Below are positions 20,311 to 28,532 of a stretch of 64,000 nucleotides of DNA, in pieces (position 1 is the stretch's first letter; the number at the start of each line of letters is the position of its first letter). The translations under genes and the position numbers were made by a program. The notes below the pieces were generated by a model. The model was not told the origin of the DNA. It ran no database searches and saw only the letters and a program-made list of their open reading frames with translations. Origin of the DNA: Gemmatimonadota bacterium (lineage in GTDB: Bacteria; Latescibacterota; UBA2968; UBA8231); the NCBI GenBank assembly GCA_038153405.1, contig JAYOYH010000001.1:192156-256155 (forward strand), given 5' to 3'.

Positions 20311-20871
20311 ATGTTAGATGAAGTGATTGAGGATGTGAAGGGCCATATGAACAGCGCGATTGAAGCGCTGCGCCGAGACTTGGCGGGCATCCGCACGGGG
20401 CGGGCATCGACGGCCATGTTAGAGCATTTGAAAGTCGCCTACTACGGCAACCTATCGCCGATTAACCAGGTGGCTACACTCAGTGTTCCCGAGCCCAGGC
20501 TGATTGTGATAAAGCCGTGGGAAGCCAATCTGATCCCAGAGATCGAAAAGGCAATCCGCGCCGAAAAGAGCCTCGGTCTCAATCCCGCCAATGACGGCGC
20601 GATCATTCGCTTGCCGATTCCCGAACTGACGGAGGAGCGGCGGCGCGACTTTACCAAGGTTGCGCGTCAGCGCGGCGAAGACGCGCGCGTTGCAGTGCGC
20701 CACGCCCGCCGCGACGGCAACGATATGCTGCAGGAAGCGCAGAAGGACGGCGAGATTTCAGAGGATGACTCGCGCCATGGTCAGGATCAGGTGCAAAAAC
20801 TGACGGATGAGTTCATTGCCCGCATAGACGAGATTGTCAAGAACAAAGAAGCTGAGATTATGGAAGTGTAG
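20311..20871 (+). CDS. frr: Ribosome recycling factor
   Basis: IRTGRA, YYG, LTEERR, KEAEIM. Confidence 0.97.
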   Translation: MLDEVIEDVKGHMNSAIEALRRDLAGIRTGRASTAMLEHLKVAYYGNLSPINQVATLSVPEPRLIVIKPWEANLIPEIEKAIRAEKSLGLNPANDGAIIRLPIPELTEERRRDFTKVARQRGEDARVAVRHARRDGNDMLQEAQKDGEISEDDSRHGQDQVQKLTDEFIARIDEIVKNKEAEIMEV

Positions 20872-20893
20872 ATCGGCGCAGTTCAAGCGGTCC

Positions 20894-20939
20894 AAAGCGG
20901 TCTATTTCTCTCGCGAGATAGGCCGCTTTACCTTTTTTT
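20894..20939 (+). terminator. Intrinsic terminator after frr (possibly bidirectional)
   Basis: AAAGCGGTCTAT...ATAGGCCGCTTT stem then T run, between convergent genes. Confidence 0.6.
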
Positions 20940-21422
20940 ACCCGCGTTGAGCCGGTTTATTTTATCGAGCAACTGGTTTTCTATCTGGCCGCGATTGTTC
21001 TGTATGGATTGGGGTGGTGGTTCGTCTTTGGCCGCTGGCGGGCGGGGAGATCCTTCTTTGGTCGCCGGTGACAGGGTTTCGGATGCGGCGATCTCCTCGC
21101 GGTATAAGTCGATCTTATAGGCCTGCAAATGGGCTAGGTCTGCGTAGTTGAGCAGATGAGCCTGCCGCTCTACCAACGCGACATTCAGGCCGTCTAGGGC
21201 CTCTTCGGCGCGCTGTTGCAGGGTTGCCACGCGTTTGGCATCAACGGCTTGTAGGGCGGCGGACTGCCGCGCGATTTCTTCGTCGATGAGATGGCGCCTG
21301 CCGTTGAGCAGGCGCAGCTGTGTGGTCGCCTCTTTGTTGCGCCTGTGTACCCAGATGAGGACCAACGAGGTCAGGGCAGTCAAAGCGGAGAGCGAGACAA
21401 TCAGATAGATGGTGCTCATCAT
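20928..21422 (-). CDS. Hypothetical protein, N-terminal TM anchor plus coiled coil
   Basis: Hydrophobic first ~25 aa followed by HRRNK; heptad-like helical body. Confidence 0.65.
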   Translation of the reverse strand: MMSTIYLIVSLSALTALTSLVLIWVHRRNKEATTQLRLLNGRRHLIDEEIARQSAALQAVDAKRVATLQQRAEEALDGLNVALVERQAHLLNYADLAHLQAYKIDLYREEIAASETLSPATKEGSPRPPAAKDEPPPQSIQNNRGQIENQLLDKINRLNAGKKR

Positions 21423-21515
21423 CGGCGCAAGGCTTGTAATAGGGGTGGGATGTCTGTTAATTTATCACTGGGCAACGAGGTTGGCAAACGCATTGTTTGC
21501 CGCGTTTAAATAGGG

Positions 21516-22172
21516 ATGGAAAGCAATATGTCCGATGGGCGTGATGCGAACGACTCCATAGAAGACCTGCGCGCCGAAGTTGTGCGTCTGCAGCAAGAAA
21601 ACGAAAAGCTCCGCGCCAGCAATCGACGGTGGATGCGCATTGCGGGTACAGATGATCTGACGGGATTGCCCAACAAGGTGTACTTCTCATCGGCGATTTT
21701 ACCCCAGCTTATAAGCCAGGCGAAAGCCGGCAGTGAGAATTTTGTATGCATTATAATAACTCCAGATAAGCTCGGAGAGATCAACCAGAACTACGGGCGG
21801 GCCGCCGGCGATCAAATCGTTTGCGATATGGCGAAATTTTTGAAAGAGCACGTGGGAAAAGATGAGAAGATTATCCACAGTGATGGCGCCAATTTTATCT
21901 TGCTCATACCTAACGGCGGCGAGGAAGCCTGCAAGCGGCGCACGCGCCAAATTCGAGCGCGCATCGTTTCGCGCCAGTTTGAATGCGGAAGCAGTTCGGT
22001 CAGCTTGACCTTGAGTATGGGAACCGTAATAGTCGAGCCCAGCACCATAGGCGAGGCGATGCAGGCCAAGGACGTTGCCGACCAAATAATGACCCAACTA
22101 AGCGCTGCGCTGGATCAGGCAAAAAAGGCCGGCGGCGATCAGATCATAGACGGCGAAACGGTGCACTGCTGA
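21516..22172 (+). CDS. GGDEF-fold protein with degenerate active site
   Basis: TDDLTGLPN, INQNYG..AGD, TLSMG, AKKAG; signature reads DGANF. Confidence 0.8.
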   Translation: MESNMSDGRDANDSIEDLRAEVVRLQQENEKLRASNRRWMRIAGTDDLTGLPNKVYFSSAILPQLISQAKAGSENFVCIIITPDKLGEINQNYGRAAGDQIVCDMAKFLKEHVGKDEKIIHSDGANFILLIPNGGEEACKRRTRQIRARIVSRQFECGSSSVSLTLSMGTVIVEPSTIGEAMQAKDVADQIMTQLSAALDQAKKAGGDQIIDGETVHC

Positions 22173-22199
22173 CGTGTTAGATGTGCGTACAAAGGGCCG

Positions 22200-23075
22200 T
22201 TGATGCTCTCTTCGCTCGTACTTTCGACGCGCCCTCGCCAGTGGGTTAAGAATGTCTTCGTCTTTCCTGCGCTTCTATTCTCCCAACACCTCTTTGATGC
22301 AGAATACGTGGCGCGCAGCGCGCTGGCAGCGCTGTGCTTCTGCTTGCTGAGTGGAGCAGTCTACTTGTTTAACGACGTGCTCGACCGAGAGCGCGATCGC
22401 CTGCATCCAACGAAGAGCAAACGCCCCATTGCCTCTGGTCGCCTGCCGGTGTCGTTGGCATTGGCTTCGTCATGCTTTCTCGGCGCCATCGGCATCGGCG
22501 CTAGTTTTGTTCTGCACGTCGATTTTGGCTGGGTCGCACTGACCTATGCGCTGATGAATCTGGCCTACTCGCTGCACCTAAAGCACGTTGTTCTCTTGGA
22601 TGTGCTTATCGTGGCCGCAGGTTTTCTCCTGCGCGCCCTAGGTGGGGCGCTGGCTATCCAAGTCTATATATCGACTTGGTTTGTGCTCTGCACATTCATG
22701 TTGGCGCTCTTTTTAGCGTTGGTTAAGCGCCGTCAAGAACTGGTCGTCCTCGATGAAAGGGCGGGTCAGCATCGGGCCATTCTCGAGGAATATAGCCTGC
22801 CCTTCCTCGATCAGATCATATCCGTGTTGACCGCATCGACCTTGGTGTGTTACGCGCTGTACGCGATGGGCGTCGGCGACGAGACGGGGATGGGAGCGCG
22901 GATGCAGTGGACCATTCCGTTTGTGCTGTATGGCGTGCTGCGCTACCTCTACGTCGTCTATCACCAGGGCCAGGGGGAAAATCCCACCACTGTGGTCTGG
23001 AGCGATCGGCCGCTACAGTTCTGTGGCGTACTGTGGATCCTCGCTTCGGCCTATGGCGTTTATAGCACGCCATAG
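22200..23075 (+). CDS. UbiA-family polyprenyl-phosphate phosphoribosyltransferase-like protein
   Basis: RPRQWVKN, YLFNDVLD..RDRLHPTK..RPIASG, KRRQEL. Confidence 0.88.
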   Translation: MMLSSLVLSTRPRQWVKNVFVFPALLFSQHLFDAEYVARSALAALCFCLLSGAVYLFNDVLDRERDRLHPTKSKRPIASGRLPVSLALASSCFLGAIGIGASFVLHVDFGWVALTYALMNLAYSLHLKHVVLLDVLIVAAGFLLRALGGALAIQVYISTWFVLCTFMLALFLALVKRRQELVVLDERAGQHRAILEEYSLPFLDQIISVLTASTLVCYALYAMGVGDETGMGARMQWTIPFVLYGVLRYLYVVYHQGQGENPTTVVWSDRPLQFCGVLWILASAYGVYSTP

Positions 23076-23303
23076 GTCGCTCTTAGACAGAGCCGTGCAC
23101 CTTGATCCGGCTATCAATCGATTCTTCTGTAATATGCGATGGATTCGCCGTCGCACGCTGCGCAGTGCGAGTTACCACCGGGGCGTGCCGCGGCGGTTGA
23201 CTCCGGAATTGGGGAAGGCGGTCCGGCGTCAGGTGTGTGAAATTGGGTGGCGTGTTTGACGGTGTTGAGCTTATTTTCGGTGGGATGCCGAGTGCAGCGA
23301 GGG

Positions 23304-23335
23304 GAGGTCTGCTAATCCACAGCTTAGCAGACCTC
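23304..23335. terminator. Perfect 12-bp hairpin just 3' of tRNA-Ala
   Basis: GAGGTCTGCTAA-8 nt-TTAGCAGACCTC. Confidence 0.55.
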
Positions 23336-23343
23336 GGGTTTTT

Positions 23344-23419
23344 TGGTGGAGCTGGACGGGATCGAACCGACGACCTCAGGCTTGCAAAGCCCGCGCTCTC
23401 CCAACTGAGCTACAGCCCC
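23344..23419 (-). tRNA. tRNA-Ala(TGC)
   Basis: GGGGCTGTAGCTCAGTTGGGAGAGC...TTTGCAA...GGTTCGATCC...TCCACCA; 76 nt, G3:U70 pair, encoded CCA. Confidence 0.98.
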
Positions 23420-23427
23420 AAACTAAG

Positions 23428-23658
23428 TTATTCGCGTGCGGCTTTTTCGGAGGATTCGTCCTTCTCAAACGTGAGTAGGACGGTGGAGGCAATAAAGAGA
23501 GAGAAAAAGGCAAAGCCGAAAATATCGGCGCGAAACGAATCGTACGCCTCGTGTAGAGCGTCGATGGGAATGGCGTAGCCACCCAAACACACGAGGTAGA
23601 GCACGATGCTTATCAGCTGTACTTTCTCAAGAAACTCTTTGCTCTTTTCCCAGGCCAT
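23428..23658 (-). CDS. Small two-TM hypothetical protein, probably co-transcribed with tRNA-Ala
   Basis: GGAG RBS, upstream TTGACG-N17-TATTTT, two hydrophobic helices, stop 8 nt before the tRNA. Confidence 0.6.
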   Translation of the reverse strand: MAWEKSKEFLEKVQLISIVLYLVCLGGYAIPIDALHEAYDSFRADIFGFAFFSLFIASTVLLTFEKDESSEKAARE

Positions 23659-23732
23659 GCCGTTCTCCAAACCGCTTTAGTTATAGAAAAATAGAAATAA
23701 TGCGTCCAACCGTCAATTAGAGTGAATGTCCT

Positions 23733-24914
23733 ATGAGCGAAGTTGTAGTCGTCAATGCCGTGCGCACGCCGACCGGGCGTTTCGGCGGTTGTTTCAAAGC
23801 GTTCGGCGCCGTGCCCCTGGCTGCCCGCGTCATTGAGGATGTACTGACTCGAACGGGCATGGATGGATCATCGGTCGATGAAGTTATCATGGGCATGGTG
23901 TACCAGGGCGGGGCGCGCGCTAATCCGGCGCGCCAGGCCGCACTCGCTGCCCAGCTGCCGCATGAGGTGCCGGCTATGACGATCAACAAGTTGTGTGGAT
24001 CAGGACTCAAATCGGTCGGCCTGGCCTGGCAGGCACTGCAGGTGGATGCGGCCGATATCGTCGTAGCCGGTGGCATGGAAAATATGAGCCAGGTGCCCTA
24101 TGTGCTACACGGTGCGCGCTGGGGACAGCGACTTGGCCACGGTCAGATAGAAGATATGATGCTCTTAGACGGGCTTTGGGATTGTTTTTACGATTGTCAT
24201 ATGGGCGTTACCGCAGAGAATTTGGCGGAGCAATACGGCATCGATCGGCAGGCACAGGATGCCTTTGCTATAGAGAGTCAGCAGCGCTGGTCGCGCGCCC
24301 ACGCGGCCGACCTGTTCCGGGACGAACTTACCACAGTGCACGTCGAAGCCAAGGGGGGGACAGTGGCCTGTGTCGTTGACGAGCACCCGCGTCCGGAAAC
24401 TACGGCAGAGCAGTTGGCGACACTAAAACCCGCTTTTAAACGGGATGGCACGGTGACCGCGGGAAATGCGTCGGGTATCAACGATGGTGCTGCTGCGCTA
24501 CTGCTGATGCGCGCGGAGGGCGCGCGGGCAGCGGGCTTGAAACCGCTGGCTTTTGTGCGCGATGTCGTTAGCGTCGGCGTGGATCCCCAAGTGATGGGCA
24601 TCGGCCCGGCTCCGGCCATTCGCAAGCTGCTCGAACGCGCCGGTATGCATCTGGATGCCGTTGGGCGCATTGAGCTCAACGAAGCGTTCGCCGCCCAGAG
24701 CTTGGCCGTCGGCCGCGCGCTGGACTTGGACTGGCAGCGCGTCAATGTAAACGGTGGAGCCATTGCTATGGGGCACGCGGTTGGGGCCAGCGGTGCGCGC
24801 GTGGCGACGACGCTTTTGCACGAGATGGCGCGCAGCGGTCAGCGCTACGGCGTGGCGTCGCTGTGCATCGGCGGGGGCATGGGCATTGCCGCCCTATTTG
24901 AGCGCTGCGAATAA
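23733..24914 (+). CDS. Acetyl-CoA C-acetyltransferase (thiolase)
   Basis: INKLCGSGL, NEAFA, GH, CIGGGMG. Confidence 0.95.
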   Translation: MSEVVVVNAVRTPTGRFGGCFKAFGAVPLAARVIEDVLTRTGMDGSSVDEVIMGMVYQGGARANPARQAALAAQLPHEVPAMTINKLCGSGLKSVGLAWQALQVDAADIVVAGGMENMSQVPYVLHGARWGQRLGHGQIEDMMLLDGLWDCFYDCHMGVTAENLAEQYGIDRQAQDAFAIESQQRWSRAHAADLFRDELTTVHVEAKGGTVACVVDEHPRPETTAEQLATLKPAFKRDGTVTAGNASGINDGAAALLLMRAEGARAAGLKPLAFVRDVVSVGVDPQVMGIGPAPAIRKLLERAGMHLDAVGRIELNEAFAAQSLAVGRALDLDWQRVNVNGGAIAMGHAVGASGARVATTLLHEMARSGQRYGVASLCIGGGMGIAALFERCE

Positions 24915-24990
24915 ATGACCGGCGGGCAGTGCGCGGCGCGTCTCGTTCGTCTGCCGACTGCACCGGACCGCCCGCCGAGTCATGGGGGGA

Positions 24991-25401
24991 TCAGGCTGCT
25001 TCCAAGAGCTCGTCTGAGTCGCCTTCGTCAATAGGCGCCTCGTCTGCTGCCGATGCGCTCCTTTCCAGGATCTGCAGGTTGCGCACCTGGATATCGATTT
25101 TCGAGTGGCTTTTTTCCTCTTCGTCGCGCCAGGTTCGGCTTTGCAGTCGCCCGCTGGCGAAGACGGGCGTGCCTTTGTGCAGGCGTTGGGCAAACGACTC
25201 GGCTGCTTTCTGCCACAGTACGATATCGAAGAACGACGTTTCTTCCTGCCACTCGTCGTTGCGATCGCGGTAGGTTCGGTTGACGGCCAGGCGCGCCGTC
25301 AGGCGTGCCGTGCCGCTGTCGCTGAGCGCAAACTCGGGGTCTTGGACGAGGCGTCCGCTGAGGGCGACTTGGTTGATATGGGGCATTTTGAGCAGCGACA
25401 T
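24991..25401 (-). CDS. ssb: Single-stranded DNA-binding protein (paralogue-like)
   Basis: INQVALSGRL..DPE, LAVNR, KG..V...GRLQSRTW; GGAGG RBS. Confidence 0.9.
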   Translation of the reverse strand: MSLLKMPHINQVALSGRLVQDPEFALSDSGTARLTARLAVNRTYRDRNDEWQEETSFFDIVLWQKAAESFAQRLHKGTPVFASGRLQSRTWRDEEEKSHSKIDIQVRNLQILERSASAADEAPIDEGDSDELLEAA

Positions 25402-25457
25402 AGAGTACCTCCGGTTGGCTTGGGGGATGAGACGCAACGCGTTGTGTGGACGCCTTA

Positions 25458-25473
25458 AGCAGGAAGTGTGCCA
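25458..25473 (-). promoter_or_regulatory. sigma-54-type promoter upstream of ssb
   Basis: TGGCAC-ACTTC-CTGCT with exact GG-N10-GC spacing. Confidence 0.6.
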
Positions 25474-25547
25474 CGTCGTCGCTCTATTGTGTAACATGCT
25501 GATTTACCGGGTTTTTCTGAAGCAAAGTTGGCTTGCGATGAGCTACT

Positions 25548-27095
25548 GTGTGTAACGACAGGGATACGGTCTTGGGTAACCATCTATACGAGCCCCATCC
25601 GGATGGAGCGCTAGCACAGCACTTCACGCCGCTAGGCGTAGCGCAGCGCATTTGGCAGATCGTGAAAATGCGAGGGCGCCCTGCGCTGGCTGCGCAGCCG
25701 CGCGTTATTGATCTGGCGGCCGGCGCGGGTGCGTGGCTAGAGGCGGTATTGGAAAGCGGCGATGTGCAACGGGAAGATGCACACGGCATTGAAATCGACC
25801 GCCGCTGGCAGCTGCGCTCGGGCATCAGCCACACGGGGGATGGTCTGCTGGGCGACTTTCCCGGCGTCGAGGCTGATAGTTTCGATGCGGTAATTGGCAA
25901 TCCTCCATTTGGTAAGCTGGGGCCATTTCTCACGGCGATGGGCGACCCAAGCGCCCACGCGTTAGCGGCGCGCTTCCAACTGTGGAATATCATTGGGCAA
26001 AGCGCATCGAGCTTTCCCGTCGAATGGCTATTTGTCGAGCGCGCGCTGCAGGTCGCGCGTCCGGGTGGATGGGTTGCGCTGATCCTGCCCGAAGGGCTGC
26101 TGACCAATGCGCGCTGGCAAAAGGCGCGCGACTGGCTGTTAGAACGGGTGCAGCTATGCGACGTCGTTGGACTGCCCGCCGCGGTGTTTCGCGGGGGGGG
26201 ACTCAACGCCCGCACGGCATTTATCGTCTTTCAGAAGGGAGCGGGACGCCGCGCGCGGCGCGTGCGCCTGGTCGGGGTAAAGGGGCCCGAGGTCGGCATA
26301 GATGTCGACGCCTATTTGCGCCAGGTATGTGAAGGGAGCGGCGACCGCTTGTGTTCGATGAGCATTCAACAGCGCCAGTTGATGGACAGGCGCTGGGATT
26401 GCAGCTACTGGCGCGGTGCCGCGCACGTGCGCCGGCTAGCGCGGCGCTTTGGGCTGCGGCCGTTGGGCGACTTTATCGAACACCTAACCTATGGGCCCAT
26501 TATTACTGGGCGCAGACCCGAACACGTCGAGGGGGGGATACCCGTTATTCGCCAGGGGGATATCGCCGAAACGGGCCTTGAGGAAAGCACTTTGCTCAGG
26601 GTAGAGGCCTGCGGTGACTTTGATCCACAGCGCAGCCGCGTGCGGCGGGGTGACTTGCTTCTGCCGCGTTCGGGTGCCGGCGCGCTGGGGCGCAATCGCA
26701 CAGCAGTATACGCCGGGCGCGCGCAGGCCAATATCGGCTGCTTCGTCGATCTGGTGCGCCTGCGCGGAATTAATCCGTACTATGCTTGGTTTTTCTTTAA
26801 GACGCCCACGGGTTGGGAGCAGATCGCCGCGCTGATTAATGGCGTGGGTACACCCAATATAAATTTCGGTGAAATTCGCTCTTTGTCTGTAGTGGAGGCG
26901 CCAGAGCAGGTGCAGCAAGCCGTAGAATGGCGCTACCGTCACGAAGTGCTGCCGTGGCACCGAAAGCGGTTGCACAGCGCGCAGGCCCGTGCCCAAGGCG
27001 AACGCCAATTCCGCGCTATTGTCGGCGACTTACAGCGCTTTCTCTCCGGTGGAATGCGCGAGTCCTTTCTTGTCGGGCGTGCGGGAGCTGCTTAG
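25548..27095 (+). CDS. N6-adenine DNA methyltransferase fused to an HsdS-like target recognition domain
   Basis: QHFTP, DLAAGAG (motif I), NPPF (motif IV), LILPEG; C-terminal GIPVIR..DI, GDLLL.RSG, INPYY, PNIN. Confidence 0.8.
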   Translation: MCNDRDTVLGNHLYEPHPDGALAQHFTPLGVAQRIWQIVKMRGRPALAAQPRVIDLAAGAGAWLEAVLESGDVQREDAHGIEIDRRWQLRSGISHTGDGLLGDFPGVEADSFDAVIGNPPFGKLGPFLTAMGDPSAHALAARFQLWNIIGQSASSFPVEWLFVERALQVARPGGWVALILPEGLLTNARWQKARDWLLERVQLCDVVGLPAAVFRGGGLNARTAFIVFQKGAGRRARRVRLVGVKGPEVGIDVDAYLRQVCEGSGDRLCSMSIQQRQLMDRRWDCSYWRGAAHVRRLARRFGLRPLGDFIEHLTYGPIITGRRPEHVEGGIPVIRQGDIAETGLEESTLLRVEACGDFDPQRSRVRRGDLLLPRSGAGALGRNRTAVYAGRAQANIGCFVDLVRLRGINPYYAWFFFKTPTGWEQIAALINGVGTPNINFGEIRSLSVVEAPEQVQQAVEWRYRHEVLPWHRKRLHSAQARAQGERQFRAIVGDLQRFLSGGMRESFLVGRAGAA

Positions 27096-27171
27096 TTTCG
27101 ATGGGGGGCGCGATATCCAATTACACCGCTTACACCGCGCGCGTGCAGCGCGGTTGTCCGCGAGTCGACCG

Positions 27172-27435
27172 ATGCTTCGCCGAAGCGTAAAAGAGGGCGT
27201 GCACTATCGCGCGCTGGTCGATGGTGGAATGCTGTACGACGCCGAACAGGGTTTAGTGCACCACCTGAATGCCACGGCAGCGCTCGTCTGGGAAGGGTGC
27301 CAAGCCGGCGCGTCGTCCGATGATCTGGAGGGGCAATTTGCCCATGAGTTTGGCGTCGCTGCGGCCGTTGCCCGCCGAGATGTCGAGCGCGTTATCGCCG
27401 ACTTCATAGAAAGTGGATTGCTGAAATCGTGGTAG
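27172..27435 (+). CDS. PqqD-family (RiPP recognition element) protein
   Basis: LYD...VHHLNATAALVW...F...FGV....ARRDV......GLL pattern; ~87 aa. Confidence 0.85.
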   Translation: MLRRSVKEGVHYRALVDGGMLYDAEQGLVHHLNATAALVWEGCQAGASSDDLEGQFAHEFGVAAAVARRDVERVIADFIESGLLKSW

Positions 27436-28532
27436 ATGTTGCCGGCATATTAGAGCGCGCTGTCCTGGGCGACGACGACTCGGCGCTGCGGCGCTGCGGG
27501 AGCGGAGCGTGGTCGGTTGCAGGAGCGCGGGCAATCGACGATGGCGTGGCTGGCTGGCTGTATTGGCACAGCGTGCGCGGTGCATGGGACGTGCCGCCCG
27601 ACGTGGGGGCGGCCTGGCAGCGCGCCTATCGAAAAAATGCGGCGCGCAATATCATTGCGTTGGAGCGCCTGAGTCACTGCCTTGCTGGATTAGAGCAAGC
27701 CGGGATAGAGGTGTTAATACTGCCGGGGGCGCCGCTGCTGGCTCACTACCCCGACCTCGGCTGTCGGTCGATGGTTGACGTCGATATACTCGTCGAAGCA
27801 GGTTCGGCACCGTCTATCGCCGCATGGCTGCGCGCTTCGGGCTTTGCCTGTCCGCCGCGTCATCCGGACCTGTTTATCGGCAACGGCCTGGTGCTCGACG
27901 TCCATACCGATCTGTTTCACAGCGAGCGGATTGCCGCGCGCGGCTACGTAGGGCAAATGCGTTTCGATGAAATGCGCGCGCGCGGCATCGAGTGCGACGT
28001 CAGCGGATTTGTGCTGCCTGCGCTCTGCCCAGAAGATGCTCTGCTCTACTGTGCTGCGCACGCGCTGCGCCACAGCTATAGCCGCCTCGGTTGGCTGCTG
28101 GACCTGCGCTTGCTCATCGAAAGTTCCATTGACGAAACCGTAGTCTTGCACCGTGCCGAAGCGGACTCTATGCAGCGGCCACTGCTCTATGCCCTGCTCT
28201 TTCTACAGCGCTATAGAGCGCTTCCATCGCACTTGGCCTACTGGAGTTCAAGTCGTTCGGTAGCTATCGGAGAACGGTGGCTCATGAGGCGCATGTGGAG
28301 GGAGCGCAGGGATCGCGCATTAGGAGATTTTCTCTGGGCGTTTAGCGTCGACGGTGCGTGGCGTCGCGCGCGATTTATATTGGAGACGGCATTTCCCCGT
28401 CCGGCGGTTCTCATGCAGATATTCTCATTTCTTCCGACATCGCTCTTGCCGTTGGCCTATGTGCTGCGCCTTGGGCAGCTCCTGCTGCGCGGCGGGCGCC
28501 TGTTCGCCAGTATGGTTAGGAACGCGGGATGA
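27429..28532 (+). CDS. Uncharacterised nucleotidyltransferase of the lasso/PqqD-associated type
   Basis: YPDLGCRSMVDVDILV, LDVH, H..RH, WLLDL motifs. Confidence 0.8.
   Translation: MVDVAGILERAVLGDDDSALRRCGSGAWSVAGARAIDDGVAGWLYWHSVRGAWDVPPDVGAAWQRAYRKNAARNIIALERLSHCLAGLEQAGIEVLILPGAPLLAHYPDLGCRSMVDVDILVEAGSAPSIAAWLRASGFACPPRHPDLFIGNGLVLDVHTDLFHSERIAARGYVGQMRFDEMRARGIECDVSGFVLPALCPEDALLYCAAHALRHSYSRLGWLLDLRLLIESSIDETVVLHRAEADSMQRPLLYALLFLQRYRALPSHLAYWSSSRSVAIGERWLMRRMWRERRDRALGDFLWAFSVDGAWRRARFILETAFPRPAVLMQIFSFLPTSLLPLAYVLRLGQLLLRGGRLFASMVRNAG

Noticed and set aside
23114..23311. Start-less minus-strand open frame ending HCAACDGESIAYYRRID (tmRNA tag or small gene)
   Set aside because: No start codon or RBS, no tmRNA termini, no ALAA-type ending
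25529..25543. Second GG-N10-GC motif facing the methyltransferase
   Set aside because: Poor match outside the dinucleotides and too close to the predicted start
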